Positions 61,639-64,000 of a stretch of 64,000 bases of DNA are shown here, in pieces. Position 1 is the stretch's first letter, and every line of letters starts with the position of its first letter. This DNA is from Candidatus Bathyarchaeota archaeon (GTDB lineage Archaea; Thermoproteota; Bathyarchaeia; Bathyarchaeales; Bathycorpusculaceae): the NCBI GenBank assembly GCA_963832745.1, contig CAWHVC010000001.1, positions 576,001-640,000 on the forward strand, given 5' to 3'. The position numbers were made by a program, and so were the translations under genes. A model generated the notes under the pieces. That model made no database searches. It saw only the letters and a program-made list of their open reading frames with translations, and was not told the origin of the DNA.

Positions 61639-62731
61639 TGAATTCTTCCTCCAAAATTTTCAGCAATTCAGTTACGGGATTATCCCACGAAAAACCGTCT
61701 GCGTACTCTAGAGCATTTTTAGAAAGTTCAAGCTTAAAAGCGTTATCTTTAATGACCCTGATAAGCCCTTCCGCTAAAGCCTCAATACTGCCGTCTACAA
61801 CTAGCAGCCCTGTCTTGCCATCCTGCACAGAATCCCTTAAACCCGCAACATTGTAAGCTACCGTTGGCACACCAAGCGCCGCCGCCTCAACCACATTCAA
61901 ACCCCAGCCTTCCCGAACACTTGGATTCACCAAAACCCATGATTCCATAATACGTTTGCGGCGTTCCTCACTTGACAAGTAACCCAAAAACCTGACACCC
62001 TCTCCGCCTATTTTTTCCAATTTGCTTTTGAAATCGCCGTCTCCAATCAGCCACAACTCAACCTCAGGAATACTCTTTTTTACAATCTTGAAAGCCTCAA
62101 CAGCGTGGTCTGGACGTTTAGCACGTTTCAAGCGTCCAGCGTAAACAATAACCGATTGCCGAGTTTTTGAGGAGGGTTCTTTTAATGGTTCAAAATTTAA
62201 TCCTTCGTGAACGATGAACACTTTTTTGAAGCCGTAACGTAGCAAATCCTGTTTTGTACTGTTAGAAACTGTCACTGTAGGGGTATTCACGTATTGTTTT
62301 AGCCATCTTTTTTCAAAAAAATGGTAGCCAAAAAAACTTACTACCAGCGGAGTTTCGTAGAACCAGTATTCTTTTGCGGTTTGGTGAATAAGAGCGACCA
62401 CTTTTTCGTTGTTTCTTGTAAATTTGTGAGCAAAAAAGGGAACAGTGTTTATCTCGTCAATAACTACGTCAAAGTTTTCTTTGCTGAAACGTTTCTTGTA
62501 GTACCGTTTAGCCTGCAAGTAAACCGTGTATTTTCCGCCTGCCCTAACTATCTGCACGCCATCCACAATTTCTTCGTTTTTAGACCCGGGGTATCTAGAG
62601 GTGAACAGAGTAACCTTATGCCCAAGCTTTACCAATCTGCTGCAGACTTCATGCGTGAAGACTTCGGCTCCGCCCATTTCGGGGTTAAGCCAGCAACGCC
62701 AGTTAAAAATCAGGATGTTTAGGGATTGCAT
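61631..62731 (-). CDS. GT4 glycosyltransferase
   Basis: NWRCWLNPEMGGAE, EGWGLNVVEAAALGVP. Confidence 0.9.
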   Translation of the reverse strand: MQSLNILIFNWRCWLNPEMGGAEVFTHEVCSRLVKLGHKVTLFTSRYPGSKNEEIVDGVQIVRAGGKYTVYLQAKRYYKKRFSKENFDVVIDEINTVPFFAHKFTRNNEKVVALIHQTAKEYWFYETPLVVSFFGYHFFEKRWLKQYVNTPTVTVSNSTKQDLLRYGFKKVFIVHEGLNFEPLKEPSSKTRQSVIVYAGRLKRAKRPDHAVEAFKIVKKSIPEVELWLIGDGDFKSKLEKIGGEGVRFLGYLSSEERRKRIMESWVLVNPSVREGWGLNVVEAAALGVPTVAYNVAGLRDSVQDGKTGLLVVDGSIEALAEGLIRVIKDNAFKLELSKNALEYADGFSWDNPVTELLKILEEEFNE

Positions 62732-63464
62732 GTTGGTACCACTTGCGTATTCTAAGTCTGTATGCTATGCCTAATAGGTCTTTTAGCATATGCCACGTTG
62801 ACTTAAACGTGAACAACTCTGTTACTTCCAAATCAACAGGAATTTCCTTTACTTTTAAGCCATAAATTTGGGCCAAAACTATCAATTCAACATCAAAAGC
62901 GTAACGTTTAACGCATAAACGTTCAAACACATCCAAGAAAGCCTGCCGTTTTAGTGCTTTTATCCCTGTCTGGGTGTCGCTTACTTTTACGCCCGTTAAC
63001 AGCCTAGCAAGCATGTTAAAAGCATGGCTAAGCATTTTTCGAACCAGCGGAACTTTAACCTGAGAGTCGGGATGCCATTTTGAACCGATGACTATGTCAG
63101 CCCCATTTAAACCATCAAGAAAACGTTGAATCTGTTTTGCGTCAATGTCGGAGTCGCCGTCGAAAAAAACGATTGCGTCGCCTTTGGATTTTTTGAAACC
63201 AGTTTTGATGGCGTAACCTTTTCCAACATTATTACGGTAACTTATTACTTTAATGTAATTCTTGTTTGAACCATAATTTTTGGCTTTCAAGCAAGTGTCA
63301 TCGATGCTTCCGTCGTCAACAATGAGAATTTCGTATGGTAACTCTTTGTTTGCTAAATTGTAGTCTATCCGTTCAAGAGTGTTTTGTATTAATTTACTTT
63401 CGTTATAAGCTGGAACAACAAGTGACACAGTTGGAATATTTGGAAGCTGAAAGAGCTTACTCAT
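62703..63464 (-). CDS. GT2 polyprenol-phosphate glycosyltransferase (DPM/DPG synthase-like)
   Basis: VPAYNE, VDDGS, GKG, DGD, DTQTG.K, FDVE. Confidence 0.9.
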   Translation of the reverse strand: MSKLFQLPNIPTVSLVVPAYNESKLIQNTLERIDYNLANKELPYEILIVDDGSIDDTCLKAKNYGSNKNYIKVISYRNNVGKGYAIKTGFKKSKGDAIVFFDGDSDIDAKQIQRFLDGLNGADIVIGSKWHPDSQVKVPLVRKMLSHAFNMLARLLTGVKVSDTQTGIKALKRQAFLDVFERLCVKRYAFDVELIVLAQIYGLKVKEIPVDLEVTELFTFKSTWHMLKDLLGIAYRLRIRKWYQHAIPKHPDF

Positions 63465-63556
63465 TTTACATCAACTCACTTTTTTGACAGGTCATACTCA
63501 GCTGGCCGTCAAAGCTGAAAAACAAAAAGAGGGGTAAAAAAGGGGCTAATTTCTTC

Positions 63557-64000
63557 TTAACTTGCCAGTGTTGGTGAAGAAGGCGTGTTACCGATTACCG
63601 GTGACCATGTCGACTGCACGTTTGTATTCACGGTTACGCTGCAATGCCACAAGCTACCGCCGTCTTGACTTCTCACGACTAACTCAAGTGTACCGTCTAT
63701 GATTGTTGCTGCTGGACTGTCACATGTTAAACCGTTTTCTGTTGCTGACCAGCCTTGCCACGTACCGCTGAGCATCTTGTTGATAAATATGCGGTTATCT
63801 AATCCTTTGACAACCATAAATACAGAGTCTGCAGACGCTGTTAATGCCGGCGTAGAATCTGTTAATCCTGAAATCGGTGTCCATCCGTTGAAAATGTTGT
63901 TGTTCAAGTTAATGCTGGTGTACCAAAGCGTCTGGTTATCTATTGGGTATTCTGTGCCATAGCCCCGAATCACCAGATACAGAGTGTTGCCGTAGACTGC
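63557..64000 (-). CDS. 3' end of a secreted protein with W-rich lectin-like propeller repeats (partial; paralog of the 50648-54931 C-terminus)
   Basis: Frame open to the window edge; shares GLD.RI, WQGW, NGLTCDS, LWHCS, NTNVQS.W and GNTPSSP with the 1427-aa protein. Confidence 0.8.
   Translation of the reverse strand, partial: AVYGNTLYLVIRGYGTEYPIDNQTLWYTSINLNNNIFNGWTPISGLTDSTPALTASADSVFMVVKGLDNRIFINKMLSGTWQGWSATENGLTCDSPAATIIDGTLELVVRSQDGGSLWHCSVTVNTNVQSTWSPVIGNTPSSPTLAS

Noticed and set aside
2273-63962. Numerous 60-160 aa ORFs antisense to or overlapping called genes (e.g. 2273-2695, 23464-23943, 44933-45343, 62321-62722)
   Set aside because: They are shadows of well-supported genes and have no motifs of their own
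1-64000. CRISPR arrays, tRNA/rRNA genes, integrases or transposases, Sec/Pyl read-through
   Set aside because: None recognised by eye; interrupted genes change frame rather than read through an in-frame stop

Overview
Archaeal genomic window, most consistent with Bathyarchaeia. This is an inference from gene content: a class III signal-peptide pilin, RFAP synthase and a DHPS-like methanopterin gene, LipS2, HTH_45-type regulators and NosD-type secreted proteins. Two surface-glycan/exopolysaccharide loci flank a core of metabolic genes. Locus 1 (about 1-17.8 kb, visibly AT-richer) holds GT2/GT4 enzymes, a polytopic GT-C/polymerase-like protein, split DUF1616 genes, a secreted GH5 and a DegT aminotransferase. 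It also holds a B12 radical SAM enzyme, a methylthiotransferase-family radical SAM enzyme with no TRAM domain, and an 804-aa pilin fused to a deacetylase-like domain and two discoidin domains. Locus 2 (about 48.5-64 kb) holds a GH-A/PA14 protein, a 1427-aa FG-GAP/LamG/lectin-propeller protein and a paralog, two GT-C-like proteins, a methyltransferase and GTs. The middle contains a CBS-HPF hibernation factor, pyrD/pyrK, an ABC exporter, a degenerate DRE-TIM enzyme, LipS2, a G3P dehydrogenase triad, a methanopterin cluster, a histidine kinase and a tandem ferritin-like protein. At least eight genes are broken by small indels, mostly single-base insertions, which look like long-read consensus errors. 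I saw no rRNA, tRNA, CRISPR array or transposase. All calls come from motif reading, not database searches.
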